A DNA stretch of 64,000 nt from Patescibacteria group bacterium (GCA_038065355.1 JBBTRC010000005.1:30530-94529); one strand, 5' to 3'; counted from the stretch's first letter, positions 43,443-53,795 are shown. Program-made: numbers and translations. The notes: generated from the sequence alone by a model not told the origin.

Positions 43443-46400
43443 TCTCTGTACGAGTTCGTACGGTGAGCGCGGCCAGCAAGATTACGAGAAGGGTAAACAC
43501 GGCGGCAGTGTCATCGCTGCCAGTACCGGTATTGGCTCCGCCAAAGGGCACGAGGCTAACTTGCTCGCCCAAGACCAGCGGAGTTGGTGCTGGCGTATCA
43601 TTTCCGTCATTATCACCACCCGAAGAGCCGTGTGAACGACGGCCACCTCCGCCACCGGATTGAGTGCCAGGAGTTTCTGGTTCTTCATCGATGATACTTT
43701 CATCAAAGAAGTTGTAGAAGTCGCATTGGTAGTCATCTGATTCTGATTCGCTTGAAATTTCGAAGAGACAGTATAGTTCGTCGCTATCAAGTTCGACTGA
43801 ACTTCCGTTTTGCTGTACGTCGTCTTGGAACCAGTGCTCAGGTAGTGCTTCGTACACTTTCCAGTCGCCAGCCGTGACTTCAAATGAGTAGTGGCCGGTT
43901 TGGTCGGTGGTAGTTGAGAGAACTTCTTCGCCATCGGTCGCATAGATTGTCCAACCGGCTACTGGAGTTGGGTCAGCGTCGGTTACCACTTCGTACTTAT
44001 AGCCATCAAGTAGGTAGGTTTCGTTCTCGGGTTCTGGTGCTGTGGTCACTTCGCAACCGACTTCGCCGGTCACATCAAGACGGAAAAGAAGTCCGGCTGG
44101 ATTTTGAACCTGGTTGGCACCATCGACACCTAAGTTGGTAACTTCAATGCGTAAGGTATTCTCGGCGTTCTCAAATAAAAACGGTAGAATGTCGACATCA
44201 TCCTTTTGCGTGTGGGCTTGGAAGTTGTTTTCGACATCAGAACGGTCAAGCGCCAAGCTGTCGTTTACATACACTCGGTAACTATTGTCGGCAGCCACAT
44301 CGAGCAAAGCAACCAGCGGATCGTTCACGGTGAATGTTTCAATGAAGTTGAAAGTCGTGTCAACTTCAGGATCTTCAATATATTCTGTCGGCCAGATCCA
44401 AGTGGCATCGGTAATATCGGCCGTCCAAGCTTCGTGTTCATTGGCGTGCACAGGGAAACCATTGGTTTCAAATACCAAGGTGGTTTCGTCGCTTACAATT
44501 TCGAGCGTACAGCGATCTACTTCCGGTTCTATTGGTACGTTCCAGGCGACGCAGTGATACGTTTGGTCGTCAGAAATACCGTCGACACGGTCAAAGTTGT
44601 CGTAGTTTTTGCCGTCGGTGTGACAATACAGTTCTGCCGTCACATCGTCGTCGTTGGTAAGATTGCCAGGACCGTAGGTGAACGGAATGTAGCCATCTTT
44701 CAATACTTCGCGCACCCATAGGTGACCAGCTTCGCCAAGCTGGGCAAGACTGATTTCTGTGGTTGTTCGGCCATCGGCGTTCGTCTCACCAAAGAGGTGC
44801 CAGTTGCCTGAGGCTGTGCCATAAAATGGCGAGTCGGGCAGATTGCTGTCGGGATTGGTGTTATCAGGCAACGCCCACTCAAATTCCCAGCCTGCTGCCA
44901 AACGGCAAGACTCGTGTTCAGCGACCCAGTCGGCGGCGGTTTCGTTCGTGATGTCGGGCGCGCCGTCGGCATTATTGTTCCAGTCTGGCAAATCTTCTTC
45001 ATCTGAACAGACGATCTTGTCAGCTACTAAATTAAAAGTTGGTGCTTCGGTAATATTGCGATTGACTACTTTGAATCGCTTGTGCGGTTCGTTAACGTTC
45101 ACTTGTTTCAAACCAGATACGTTCTCCCAGCCGTCTTGCAGAATTTCATTCACGCGATACTCACCGTACGGTACGTTGTTGAAGGTGACACAGCCGTTTT
45201 CACCAGTCACGCCAGTGTAGCCCTCGAAGAGGTCAACACCAATGACGCCGGTGTTGTCGTTGTACCAGTCGGGTTGCGGAGTCGTACCACTGCCGTCAAA
45301 AATACGGAAGTTGGCTGAGCCAGTCGTACTAGGAACAAAGCCCTGCATGTAGCGATGGAGGCTGTTGTACGGACCCCAGTTTGAGTTTGGATCGAAAGCT
45401 TGATTGATCTGAAGTTCAAGGATGTCGGTTTGGAAGCCGATGAAGCCGTCCATGTGAGTCGACCAACCGTCTTCAGTTGAGTATTCGGCATCCACCGTGT
45501 TGAGCGGAGTGCGGTTGTTATTCCACGTTCCTTGAGCTTTCGCGACATACGACTGCCCAGCTTGAAGAATGGTGGTCGTATCCAAGCCAGCCACAAGATT
45601 GGCTGGCACATTTATGTCTTCGAGTTTCTGGCCAAGCAGAGAGAGTTGCCAGCCTGAGAGTGGGTGTTGGTCAGGATCAAATTTACAAATGGTCACTTCG
45701 GCTTTGGGATGCGGTTCTTCACACACCCCTTCGGTAATCACAACCGCATCAAGGTCAAAACCGTCAGCAAGGGCGACGTGAAGCGCCGGGTTCGTGGTGT
45801 CGGTGAGGCGCACGTACTTGATCCAGGTAAGGCCGGTGCCTGCAAAGTCGATAAAACTAATGCGGTTAGGGGCTGGGTTGTTCGCAACACCGGCTACAAA
45901 CCAGGTCGTGCCGTCTTGACTCACTTCGACGGTGGCTTGTTCAACTGGGTACGTAGTGCCATTGGTCGCTTCGTAAATAGTAATGTCGGTGCCGGGTACT
46001 TCAAGCGCAAACTGCGTGAAGGCGAGCGTAATCGAGCCGCCGAAGCCAATCGAAAAGAAACCGGTGCCGCCGCCCGATACCCAGTCGGGCTGGCCAAGCG
46101 CCGCCGCTGGATCGATGCGTTCAGCTTGCGTAATTGGGTTGCCGTTTTTAAGGGTGCCTTGATTGGCTTCCAACACCGTCGCGGCGCCAATGTGTTCGCC
46201 TGCTTCACACTGTTCGACTTCGACTTCACGGTTTATGAATACACAGCGATATTCTGGTTCTTCAATCACTACGTCTGAAATCGAAAGAATTTGATTTTCT
46301 GGTATTTCGGTTATTTCTTCGTTAAAGAAAGTACAGATTTCAGCCTGTTCATACTCTTCGACATCGCCAAAGGTAGCCGAAACATCGACTTGGTACCAAT

Positions 46401-47478
46401 TGTCACGCACCTCTTCGATAACCTTCCAAGGGCCATTTTCCGGGTCAACCGCCACATCAGCACAGCCGAGCGGCCCGGTTTCTTTGATATAACTTTCGTC
46501 TCCGTTCGTGAAGGTAATGTGCCAGCCAGCGATTGGGTTTTCTTGTCCGTCATATTTACAGGCCGTGATTACTTCTTTGTCAGTGCCAATCGGTTCGCAA
46601 GCTGGATACTCTCCAACCGTGCCTTCCGGACATACTTCTACCGGCGGTACACAGTCTGGGAAAGTACCGGTGTACCCAAGTGGACATTCTTCAACTACTG
46701 GTTCACCGTCACAACCTCCTTGATTGTAGATTTGTTCCCCAGTTAGGCCGTTGCTGTAAAGGGTAGTCCAGTTTTTTCCGTCGTAATGCTCAATCGCACC
46801 ACCGTCGAAATTGTAGTCAAAGGGTGGAATGATATCTCCAAGGTCGTCCAAACCACCATCAATGTGGTCATCATGTCCGTTTGGCAGATTTACGATACTT
46901 TTTGCGTCAACAGTATTAACGATATAGGGGTTAGCATCCGCTTCCGTTGCATGACAGAGAGTGATGTTTGGATTTAGTTCTTCTGCCGGTGGTTCAGCCA
47001 CGTCGCCTGTGACTTGGTAGTTAGTGATGGAAACCTCGTCGTCTTCCGCATTGGCTGTCATTTCAAAATAAATTTGCAAATCAGCCGCTTGTGCTTCTAG
47101 AGGCAAATTGATCAAGATCGAGCCGGTTTCATCTGTGGCTGGATTTTGGCCTGTCTCGTTCTTACCATTCACGAAACCAAGTTCATTATCAACACTGACA
47201 GATCGCCAGCCATACGTGAATTTGTCTCCCGAATCAATCAACTCGGCATTGTAATCAAAAGACAGCACTAAGTTCGTATGGCTCGCCGCGTCCACTGAAC
47301 TCGAGTCATGTCGCGGTGAGGCTTGCGTTAAAGCCGCATTAGCTGGACCTAAAATACTGGTCGCCGCAAACGCGACAAAAAAAGACGCCGGGAAGGCGCT
47401 TAATACTAAAGACAGAACGGTCACAGCTGCAAAAAAGCGCGCAGTGAAGCGTTGCTTTGTGAAAGTAATGATATTCAT
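43435..47478 (-). CDS. Large sortase-anchored surface protein with SpaA/CnaB-like domains
   Basis: Three K..GW.I..T...G...F....W/Y.V.E domains; C-terminal VPFGGANTG + TM + charged tail; likely start 47478. Confidence 0.82.
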   Translation of the reverse strand: MNIITFTKQRFTARFFAAVTVLSLVLSAFPASFFVAFAATSILGPANAALTQASPRHDSSSVDAASHTNLVLSFDYNAELIDSGDKFTYGWRSVSVDNELGFVNGKNETGQNPATDETGSILINLPLEAQAADLQIYFEMTANAEDDEVSITNYQVTGDVAEPPAEELNPNITLCHATEADANPYIVNTVDAKSIVNLPNGHDDHIDGGLDDLGDIIPPFDYNFDGGAIEHYDGKNWTTLYSNGLTGEQIYNQGGCDGEPVVEECPLGYTGTFPDCVPPVEVCPEGTVGEYPACEPIGTDKEVITACKYDGQENPIAGWHITFTNGDESYIKETGPLGCADVAVDPENGPWKVIEEVRDNWYQVDVSATFGDVEEYEQAEICTFFNEEITEIPENQILSISDVVIEEPEYRCVFINREVEVEQCEAGEHIGAATVLEANQGTLKNGNPITQAERIDPAAALGQPDWVSGGGTGFFSIGFGGSITLAFTQFALEVPGTDITIYEATNGTTYPVEQATVEVSQDGTTWFVAGVANNPAPNRISFIDFAGTGLTWIKYVRLTDTTNPALHVALADGFDLDAVVITEGVCEEPHPKAEVTICKFDPDQHPLSGWQLSLLGQKLEDINVPANLVAGLDTTTILQAGQSYVAKAQGTWNNNRTPLNTVDAEYSTEDGWSTHMDGFIGFQTDILELQINQAFDPNSNWGPYNSLHRYMQGFVPSTTGSANFRIFDGSGTTPQPDWYNDNTGVIGVDLFEGYTGVTGENGCVTFNNVPYGEYRVNEILQDGWENVSGLKQVNVNEPHKRFKVVNRNITEAPTFNLVADKIVCSDEEDLPDWNNNADGAPDITNETAADWVAEHESCRLAAGWEFEWALPDNTNPDSNLPDSPFYGTASGNWHLFGETNADGRTTTEISLAQLGEAGHLWVREVLKDGYIPFTYGPGNLTNDDDVTAELYCHTDGKNYDNFDRVDGISDDQTYHCVAWNVPIEPEVDRCTLEIVSDETTLVFETNGFPVHANEHEAWTADITDATWIWPTEYIEDPEVDTTFNFIETFTVNDPLVALLDVAADNSYRVYVNDSLALDRSDVENNFQAHTQKDDVDILPFLFENAENTLRIEVTNLGVDGANQVQNPAGLLFRLDVTGEVGCEVTTAPEPENETYLLDGYKYEVVTDADPTPVAGWTIYATDGEEVLSTTTDQTGHYSFEVTAGDWKVYEALPEHWFQDDVQQNGSSVELDSDELYCLFEISSESESDDYQCDFYNFFDESIIDEEPETPGTQSGGGGGRRSHGSSGGDNDGNDTPAPTPLVLGEQVSLVPFGGANTGTGSDDTAAVFTLLVILLAALTVRTRTENA

Positions 47479-47607
47479 AAATTTTACCCTGACTAACGAA
47501 GTAATCACACGGCAGAAAGAGATTTGTCGTGTTACGGTTACTTTACTCCTTTCTTTCAAAAAAGCAAGTCTAGAACACAAGAGTCCAAATTTGGCAATAG
47601 ACAGGGG

Positions 47608-48576
47608 CTAGAAGCTATGGCACGCGACTTGCTCACACCTGATTCCCAATTTGCGCATAATGGCCAGATTAGCACATATGCCAACCGGTACAGCGGTGGT
47701 AGTCGCAACACCAGCGAACGCTTCCTTCTCGAGCATGAGGAGACGCTCGTCAGCTCGGTGCATATGTTCATAAGCTCGCTCCAGAAACGCCCGCCGCTCT
47801 GCGCTTAGTTCTCGGGAAGAAAAATTGTCGTCAAGTAACCACGGAAACGCTCCGCAGGTATGAAAATTTTTATTGCCTTCGTCTGTGATGGTGCCGATGA
47901 GCCGGACGGTTTTTTGGCTACGCAAAAGTTCCAGGTCGCGAGGCAATAGTTCGGTCACGTTCGTCACCCAGCGGTTGCCAGAAATATCCTCAAACACGAT
48001 TGTCGTGGCCGGCGCGTCTGTCTCCTCGAGTACCCGACGACCAATAAGTCGCCCTTCCGCTGGCACCTGCCAGAGTTTTTGCTCCAGCTTTTCCTGTGAC
48101 ATGTAAATGGCCAGTTGTTGCCCGAGCGTGTGGTCGATGAGATAACCAAAACCAAACGCCTGCAAGAGCGCGCCGCCAGCAAAACTAAACATGACACTGC
48201 TCGAGACCAAAAGCCAGAGCGGGTGTCGGTAGCCTCGTTTGGTCTGCCGCAAGTTGTAGACTCCCATGAGCACCATGCCCGCCAACACCGCAAACCAGAG
48301 GTATGGCAAAAATTCTACAAAAAAAGTAGTGAAGTTTTCGTGGGTTGCCTCGTAGAGCGCATACTGGCGGTGGGTCACGACAAATAGCGTGACCGCGATC
48401 GCTACCGCCCCTATGAACACGGCGACCGCCCACAAGAACCAAATAAAACTATCCTGGCACCAGAAAAACCAGCGAGACTTGGGGCAGACCCGCTCCTCTT
48501 CGATGCGTTCCAAAACCGCCTGTTTGAGTTCTTGTGGTGGTTGCTCGGCCATATCACTATATACGTATTGCTTCAT
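47608..48576 (-). CDS. Membrane protein, probable anti-sigma factor
   Basis: Overlaps the ECF sigma stop; three TMs and an extracellular domain. Confidence 0.55.
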   Translation of the reverse strand: MKQYVYSDMAEQPPQELKQAVLERIEEERVCPKSRWFFWCQDSFIWFLWAVAVFIGAVAIAVTLFVVTHRQYALYEATHENFTTFFVEFLPYLWFAVLAGMVLMGVYNLRQTKRGYRHPLWLLVSSSVMFSFAGGALLQAFGFGYLIDHTLGQQLAIYMSQEKLEQKLWQVPAEGRLIGRRVLEETDAPATTIVFEDISGNRWVTNVTELLPRDLELLRSQKTVRLIGTITDEGNKNFHTCGAFPWLLDDNFSSRELSAERRAFLERAYEHMHRADERLLMLEKEAFAGVATTTAVPVGICANLAIMRKLGIRCEQVACHSF

Positions 48577-49141
48577 GATTTAATGCAGCTTTTAGCTGTT
48601 TTTTGCCCCTATGAATAAGTGTTCCTACCGAACCTATTGGTATCTGCAAAATATCTGATATTTCATCATACTCTTTGTGTTCAAAAAAGCGTAAGACGAG
48701 TACTTGCCGGTATTTGTCGTGGAGTGAAAAGAGCGCTTTGTTCAATTCTGCCACATTGATAGTTTTATCAAACTGCACATCAGCTCGAATATCCTTGCTC
48801 GCCAAAAGCGAAAAAATTTCATCGCTGTCTGACACCAGATGCCCCTCGGGTCGGACCGATGATTTCCGGTACCAGCTAACCGCCTCATTGTGGGCGATGC
48901 GGTAAATCCACGACGAAAATGAGAGCGTGGTATCAAAGCCGTTTAGGTTTTTATACACCTTGATAAATATTTCTTGCAAGACATCCCGCTGATCTTCCGC
49001 ATTGCGGATACCGAGCCGGGCGATGTAGCGTGTGAGTTTCGCTTCGTACCGATCAATCAACTCGCCGAACTGCTCCTTGTCTACCAAGGTTTTTTTAACC
49101 AATTCCTCATCACTCGGTGGCAAAGCGTAAGGTTGTTCCAT
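48557..49141 (-). CDS. ECF sigma-70 factor (SigW-like)
   Basis: DVLQEIFIKVYKNL..FSSWIYRIAHN; YDEISDILQIPIGSVGTLIHRGK. Confidence 0.93.
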   Translation of the reverse strand: MEQPYALPPSDEELVKKTLVDKEQFGELIDRYEAKLTRYIARLGIRNAEDQRDVLQEIFIKVYKNLNGFDTTLSFSSWIYRIAHNEAVSWYRKSSVRPEGHLVSDSDEIFSLLASKDIRADVQFDKTINVAELNKALFSLHDKYRQVLVLRFFEHKEYDEISDILQIPIGSVGTLIHRGKKQLKAALNHEAIRI

Positions 49142-49409
49142 AAAGCGCGTGCTGTCAATAGTGACACGAAAACGAATAATTTGAAACTCGCTACTGTCAG
49201 AATTGGTAGGAATAGGTGGGATATCGAAACCCGCCCCTCATTGCCTATTTTGAACGTCCGCGGGGGTACAGTGCTTGTAGTGGTGTCCAAACATCGGAGC
49301 GTGTGAAAAATAGGCAACGAGGGGACAACTCCCGGAATATCCACACATTCTTATGTCACCGAACTGTTATAAAAGTTGCATTTCGCTCGCACTGTGACAT
49401 AGTGTCGAA

Positions 49410-50117
49410 ATGAAATTTCCCATTCGAATTAATAAATACCTGGCCGAAATGGGCGTCGCCTCTCGGCGCGAGGCCGATGTGCGTATCGCCGCCGGTCACG
49501 TGTTGGTGAATGGAAAACCGGCTGTGATTGGGCAGATGGTAAGTGAGACTGACCAGATAAAAGTAACAGGAACGACCAAAGACAAAAGTTACTACGCTTA
49601 CTACAAAGGCCGGGGCGTCGTGACTCACGGCGGTGACGATGAAGAGCGTGACGTCCTCACGCGTATTCAAAAAGAGCACGGCCTCGCTCACGTCGCGCCA
49701 ATTGGCCGGTTGCCGAAGGGTGCCGAAGGGTTGCTCATTTTAAGCGACGACGGCCGCGTCACTGCCCCACTGCTCGACCCTGAAGCCGGACACGAGAAAG
49801 AATACGACGTCACGGTCGACAAAAACATTTCGCCGATGTTTCAAAGAGTGATGGCGAGCGGCGTCGACATCGAAGGCTATCGTACAAAACCAGCCCGTCT
49901 CATCCCTCACGAAGCAAACGAGAAACGTTTTCGTATCATTCTCACCGAAGGCAAAAAACACCAACTCGACCGCATGTGCGCGGCCCTCGGATACCAAGTA
50001 GAGACGTTGAAGCGCGTCCGTGTGCTCAACATCGAGCTTGGGAAATTAAAGCCAAATCAGTACCGAAAAATAACCGGCGAGGAACTCAAAGTATTTTTAA
50101 AGACTCTCGGCATCTAG
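49410..50117 (+). CDS. RsuA/RluF-family pseudouridine synthase homolog (S4 domain), catalytic Asp replaced
   Basis: IRINKYLA..SRREAD; motif II reads GRLPKGAEGLL instead of GRLD; LTEGKKHQ. Confidence 0.88.
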   Translation: MKFPIRINKYLAEMGVASRREADVRIAAGHVLVNGKPAVIGQMVSETDQIKVTGTTKDKSYYAYYKGRGVVTHGGDDEERDVLTRIQKEHGLAHVAPIGRLPKGAEGLLILSDDGRVTAPLLDPEAGHEKEYDVTVDKNISPMFQRVMASGVDIEGYRTKPARLIPHEANEKRFRIILTEGKKHQLDRMCAALGYQVETLKRVRVLNIELGKLKPNQYRKITGEELKVFLKTLGI

Positions 50118-50128
50118 CGGAACGATTA

Positions 50129-51139
50129 CTATGGAAGGTTGAGGATGATTACACTGCGCTTCATCATCGTCTCGCGAGTTTTTTCGTCGTAGACACCTTT
50201 CTCGAACGCTATCACCTGATCTTCCTGATATTCGGTGAGTGCCGCAACCGTCACATTTCCAAAATAGCCAGTCGGACCAACCGACGCCAACGCGTCCCGC
50301 GCTGGACCGTCGGAAGCGTAGATCAAATAGAGTTGGAGTAGCGCCACCGTACTTCCCTGGTCTCCTCGTGTCAGTCCAGAAGCCACCGCTTTTGGTATGC
50401 TGGCAACGAGAGCAGAGAGTTCTTGGAGCGCGGTTCTTTGACTTACAATTCCCTTTTCCGCCAAGGTTTCTTCGACTACCGGTGGTACATTAAGGCCGGC
50501 TTGGACGGCCGTTTCTAAATCGGTGGCAAAATTCGCAACCAAAAATTCTGCATACTCTTCGTCATTTCTAATATTGCTAAAAATACCCCGGAGGAACGAC
50601 ATTTTTTCTTTGAGCGTGAAGCTGTCGGTCAGGCGCGGATAAGGATCAGTTGCTTGGTCGTCTTCGTCTCGAATTTCAAAATGTAGGTGATACACGCCAG
50701 GAGGAGCATTTCCGGTGTCTCCGACCGTGCCGATAAAATCTCCCGGTTCAAGCTCGTCTCCCGAGTTAAGGTTGGCGATCGTGTCGAGGTGCAAGTAGCG
50801 GAATGTCTCGCCGCCCGGGTTGGCTGTGTAGACGTACTTGCCAGCACTTTTTTCCTCGCCGGTTTTAAGTACGATCGCGGCCGTCGGCGAAACCACTGGA
50901 GCGCCTTGGGGCGCCAGTAAATCTTCTCCTTCATGTGAGCGCTCACCATCATCGCGCGCTTCACCAAAGTCAGGATCAATGTCCGCAAAAGAAACACCGA
51001 ATAAGATCGGTATCGGAATTGACGCTACTGTATCCGAATCAAGCCTGCTTCGGTCAACCGGATATGAACCGTATTCCGCTAGTGTAAGGTGTGGCGAAAT
51101 AAGCAATATTGCCACGAGTGAAATGTATAGAATTTTCAT
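50129..51139 (-). CDS. M23 metallopeptidase with a peptidoglycan-binding domain
   Basis: HEGED (HxxxD), YLHL, HLHFEI; C-terminal GDQG..VALLQ..GYFG..T..AL..YQ. Confidence 0.88.
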   Translation of the reverse strand: MKILYISLVAILLISPHLTLAEYGSYPVDRSRLDSDTVASIPIPILFGVSFADIDPDFGEARDDGERSHEGEDLLAPQGAPVVSPTAAIVLKTGEEKSAGKYVYTANPGGETFRYLHLDTIANLNSGDELEPGDFIGTVGDTGNAPPGVYHLHFEIRDEDDQATDPYPRLTDSFTLKEKMSFLRGIFSNIRNDEEYAEFLVANFATDLETAVQAGLNVPPVVEETLAEKGIVSQRTALQELSALVASIPKAVASGLTRGDQGSTVALLQLYLIYASDGPARDALASVGPTGYFGNVTVAALTEYQEDQVIAFEKGVYDEKTRETMMKRSVIILNLP

Positions 51140-51159
51140 ATATTTACATTATGCCATAG

Positions 51160-51189
51160 AAAAACGAGGTCTCGCAGACCTCGTTTTTC
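51160..51189. terminator. Intrinsic terminator
   Basis: AAAAACGAGGTCT-CGC-AGACCTCGTTTTT. Confidence 0.8.
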
Positions 51190-51198
51190 CCCTAAGCA

Positions 51199-51747
51199 TC
51201 ATTGAATGTAGTGTTTGACCAAATTGCCAAACTTGCTCGTTATAAGATTGTGGTATTCCCAGTCACCCCAGACTGCCCAGTCAGGGTTGCCGGTGTAGCG
51301 CGGGTCGTCCTTATGGACAATCAGGTAGTTGTACTGATTGTTATCGTCGTAGCCGGAGCAGTTGATAAGATTGAGAATGGAACCGGTGTTCATGAACTCA
51401 TCGTTACCAAAATCCGCCCGATAGTTGATCACATAGTCACAGACAGTAAGAAATTCGGGATCGAGGTATTCAATACCCGGCACCGTACCCTGCACGCGAC
51501 CGTCACCCAGATCCCAATACCAGTTGGCGTCGTCGTAGGCATACACAGAAGTGTAGTGACCGTTGACGAACTGTCCGGCATCTGGATGGCCATTGTGATC
51601 TGCATCGAAGCGCTCGTGTCCCGGCACGACTGTAGTACTGGCTTCGGTGACGCTGGTGGCCACCAGAAGTAAGAGCGTCGCTATGGCCGCATATAGGTAT
51701 AGTTTGATAATTGTTGAAGCTATTTGATGAGTTGTCATAGACATCAA
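51199..51747 (-). CDS. Secreted hypothetical protein (aromatic/Asp-rich)
   Basis: Signal/TM followed by a D/Y/W-rich domain. Confidence 0.7.
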   Translation of the reverse strand: MMSMTTHQIASTIIKLYLYAAIATLLLLVATSVTEASTTVVPGHERFDADHNGHPDAGQFVNGHYTSVYAYDDANWYWDLGDGRVQGTVPGIEYLDPEFLTVCDYVINYRADFGNDEFMNTGSILNLINCSGYDDNNQYNYLIVHKDDPRYTGNPDWAVWGDWEYHNLITSKFGNLVKHYIQ

Positions 51748-51786
51748 ATTAGTCGAATAATCTCTACCTTACTATTGTAGCAAAAG

Positions 51787-51814
51787 AAAAGGCCGTCCGC
51801 GCGGACGGCCTTTT
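51787..51814. terminator. Intrinsic terminator
   Basis: AAAAGGCCGTCC-GCGC-GGACGGCCTTTT. Confidence 0.85.
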
Positions 51815-51822
51815 AAAGTTTT

Positions 51823-52095
51823 CTAGTTAAGGTAACGAGGTGTGGGCTGATACTCAAGCGCGGCGTGTAAAAAGTGCGAGTTCACCACCCAAAATTCGCG
51901 CCGCACCGCATCAACTGAATTGTAGTCGGTAGTTCTTAGTACCGCACGCAAAAGTAGCATTTGCTTGATTACCGCTTCGAGATTTTCGCCAAGTTTTGTC
52001 ATTCCGGGCGGTAGCGGCACTTTGCCCTCAAGAAGAGCTTCCGCGTAATTGTAAAATGCAACAATCTCCGGCCCAGACATGGGTTCAAGTTCCAT
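51823..52095 (-). CDS. Orphan hypothetical protein (~90 aa)
   Basis: Start moved to ATG 52095 (SD AAGGA; TTGACA-18-TATCCT upstream). Confidence 0.6.
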   Translation of the reverse strand: MELEPMSGPEIVAFYNYAEALLEGKVPLPPGMTKLGENLEAVIKQMLLLRAVLRTTDYNSVDAVRREFWVVNSHFLHAALEYQPTPRYLN

Positions 52096-52148
52096 CGTAT
52101 GTTCCTTTCCAAACGAAGGATACGATGGTAAACGACGGTATGTCAATA

Positions 52149-52733
52149 CTACTTCCCTAGCCAGTACTTCCATTCAGACAGCTTCACTTCAATGAGGAAC
52201 GCCATGTCTTTAAGTTCGTCGGTCAAGCGTTGCACCCAGTCAGCTTTCGGCACTTCATACACGGCCGGTTCCTGTTCTTCTTCACTGTCTTCTAGCGCCT
52301 TCAAGAGTTTCTTCGCAATATCAGAACCGGCCTGATGAACGTTCACGACCGTTGGTAGGTCAAAAACGCTGACGGGGATGTTGATCACATATATGTTTTC
52401 CGTACCAATTTGCGGCGGTTCCCCGGCGCAAAGATAATTCCAAGTGTCATTTCGTTCAAAGTAAACCCATTGACCATCTGGAGCGGTACCTTTGTGTGCT
52501 GTGTTGATGTCCAAAAACTGTGCTGTGTACCCGCTGTCGTACAGACCTTCCATGTCGGCTTTCTTTTTGACATGTTCACGATTTTCTTTCGGCGTGGCAG
52601 TGACAATGAGGTAGTTTGGTTCCTTTACGCTGTACCCCACCATTCCCTCCGGATCGATACAGCTAAGTGCCTGTCCGACACTTGGAAAACTTATAAAAAA
52701 GACTCCTGCCACTAAAAGGTATATGTATTTCAT
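52149..52733 (-). CDS. Secreted hypothetical protein (ALSC N-terminus, possibly TIMP/NTR-like)
   Basis: Signal peptide then ALSCID..., with a second Cys in NYLC; start likely 52733. Confidence 0.65.
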   Translation of the reverse strand: MKYIYLLVAGVFFISFPSVGQALSCIDPEGMVGYSVKEPNYLIVTATPKENREHVKKKADMEGLYDSGYTAQFLDINTAHKGTAPDGQWVYFERNDTWNYLCAGEPPQIGTENIYVINIPVSVFDLPTVVNVHQAGSDIAKKLLKALEDSEEEQEPAVYEVPKADWVQRLTDELKDMAFLIEVKLSEWKYWLGK

Positions 52734-52787
52734 ATATAGATTATGACTTCTCAGTTGGATTTTTCTTACAACAGCCAAATATTTTCC

Positions 52788-53324
52788 TCAATCTACGAGA
52801 ATTTGCGTAGAATTAGGTAGGTTTTTTCTAATTATTTCAAGATCGAAGGTTGAATAGTCAGTACCTCGTAAGTCGAGCACTCTGAGCTTTTGCAAATTTC
52901 CCAATTCTTGCGGAAGGCCGGTGAGAGGATTGTGAGACAAGTTAAGAATTTCGAGCTGTGATAGTTGTCCGACCTCAGCTGGTAGTCCGGTGAAGTTGTT
53001 GCGACTAAGGTTAAGCTCCTGGAGTGAAGACAGGTGACGAATCTCCGCTTTCAGTGAACCAGAGAGACCGCGGCCTGATAGATCGAGGGTGGTCGTGTCG
53101 GTGGGCACATTGAAACCGTCATACACCACAACCATAGTGTTCGAACGAGCTGCCGAACCACCAAGCAAATCAGCGGCTTCCTTGGCGGCGTCAATTGACT
53201 CTTGGTAGGTTGATTCTGTCGCCTCGCTATCGCGAGGCGACACCGAAAGCGGCCCGCTACTCGTCAGCCACCACGCCGCTAAAGCCATCGTGACGAGCAG
53301 TCCGATGAGTCCAAAAAACTGCAT
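52788..53324 (-). CDS. Membrane-anchored leucine-rich repeat protein
   Basis: LxxLxLSxNxxxxLPxExGxL repeats; N-terminal TM from ATG 53324. Confidence 0.88.
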   Translation of the reverse strand: MQFFGLIGLLVTMALAAWWLTSSGPLSVSPRDSEATESTYQESIDAAKEAADLLGGSAARSNTMVVVYDGFNVPTDTTTLDLSGRGLSGSLKAEIRHLSSLQELNLSRNNFTGLPAEVGQLSQLEILNLSHNPLTGLPQELGNLQKLRVLDLRGTDYSTFDLEIIRKNLPNSTQILVD

Positions 53325-53326
53325 GT

Positions 53327-53713
53327 TTACAAAACCGCGTGCGTCAAGATCATGATGAGTGCCATCACGAGGATGTAGCTTGCGTCTACCCAAATTGCGT
53401 ACTTACTCTTCTGTGAGAAAAGTCCGGCCGCTTTCACAAGTACTGCGAAAGTAATCGCGATTAAAATGGCGAGCGCAATGTTGCTGGTTGTTTCGGTGAC
53501 ACCGATGACCCAAGCGAATAAAAACGTGCCGACTGCTTGTGCGAGCATTGGCGCCATAGGCATCTGCTTGGTGCCGCTCATCGTAATTTTTGAGCCGCTG
53601 GCCCATTTGGTGCCAAATACTTTCGGTGAGTACCATACCCACCCGGCAATAAACGCTAACACTGCACCGACAACAACCGCGGTCCAGTTCACATCCAACA
53701 TGATTGATTCCAT
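53327..53713 (-). CDS. DUF1761 family membrane protein
   Basis: VNWTAVVVGAVLAFIAGWVWYSPKVFGTKW. Confidence 0.85.
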   Translation of the reverse strand: MESIMLDVNWTAVVVGAVLAFIAGWVWYSPKVFGTKWASGSKITMSGTKQMPMAPMLAQAVGTFLFAWVIGVTETTSNIALAILIAITFAVLVKAAGLFSQKSKYAIWVDASYILVMALIMILTHAVL

Positions 53714-53761
53714 ATATATAAGGTTACTTTGTAACTTTTTTATTATACTCCGGTTTTAGAA

Positions 53762-53795
53762 AAAGTGGCGGGTGCATACGCACCCGCTACTTTTT
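53762..53795. terminator. typA terminator
   Basis: AAAGTGGCGGGTGC-ATAC-GCACCCGCTACTTTTT. Confidence 0.8.

Noticed and set aside
3853-47808. Many long plus-strand ORFs (e.g. 3853..4575, 6347..7048, 14406..15332, 29614..30330)
   Set aside because: They are antisense shadows of Thr/Ser/Gly-rich minus-strand genes and have no motifs or start signals
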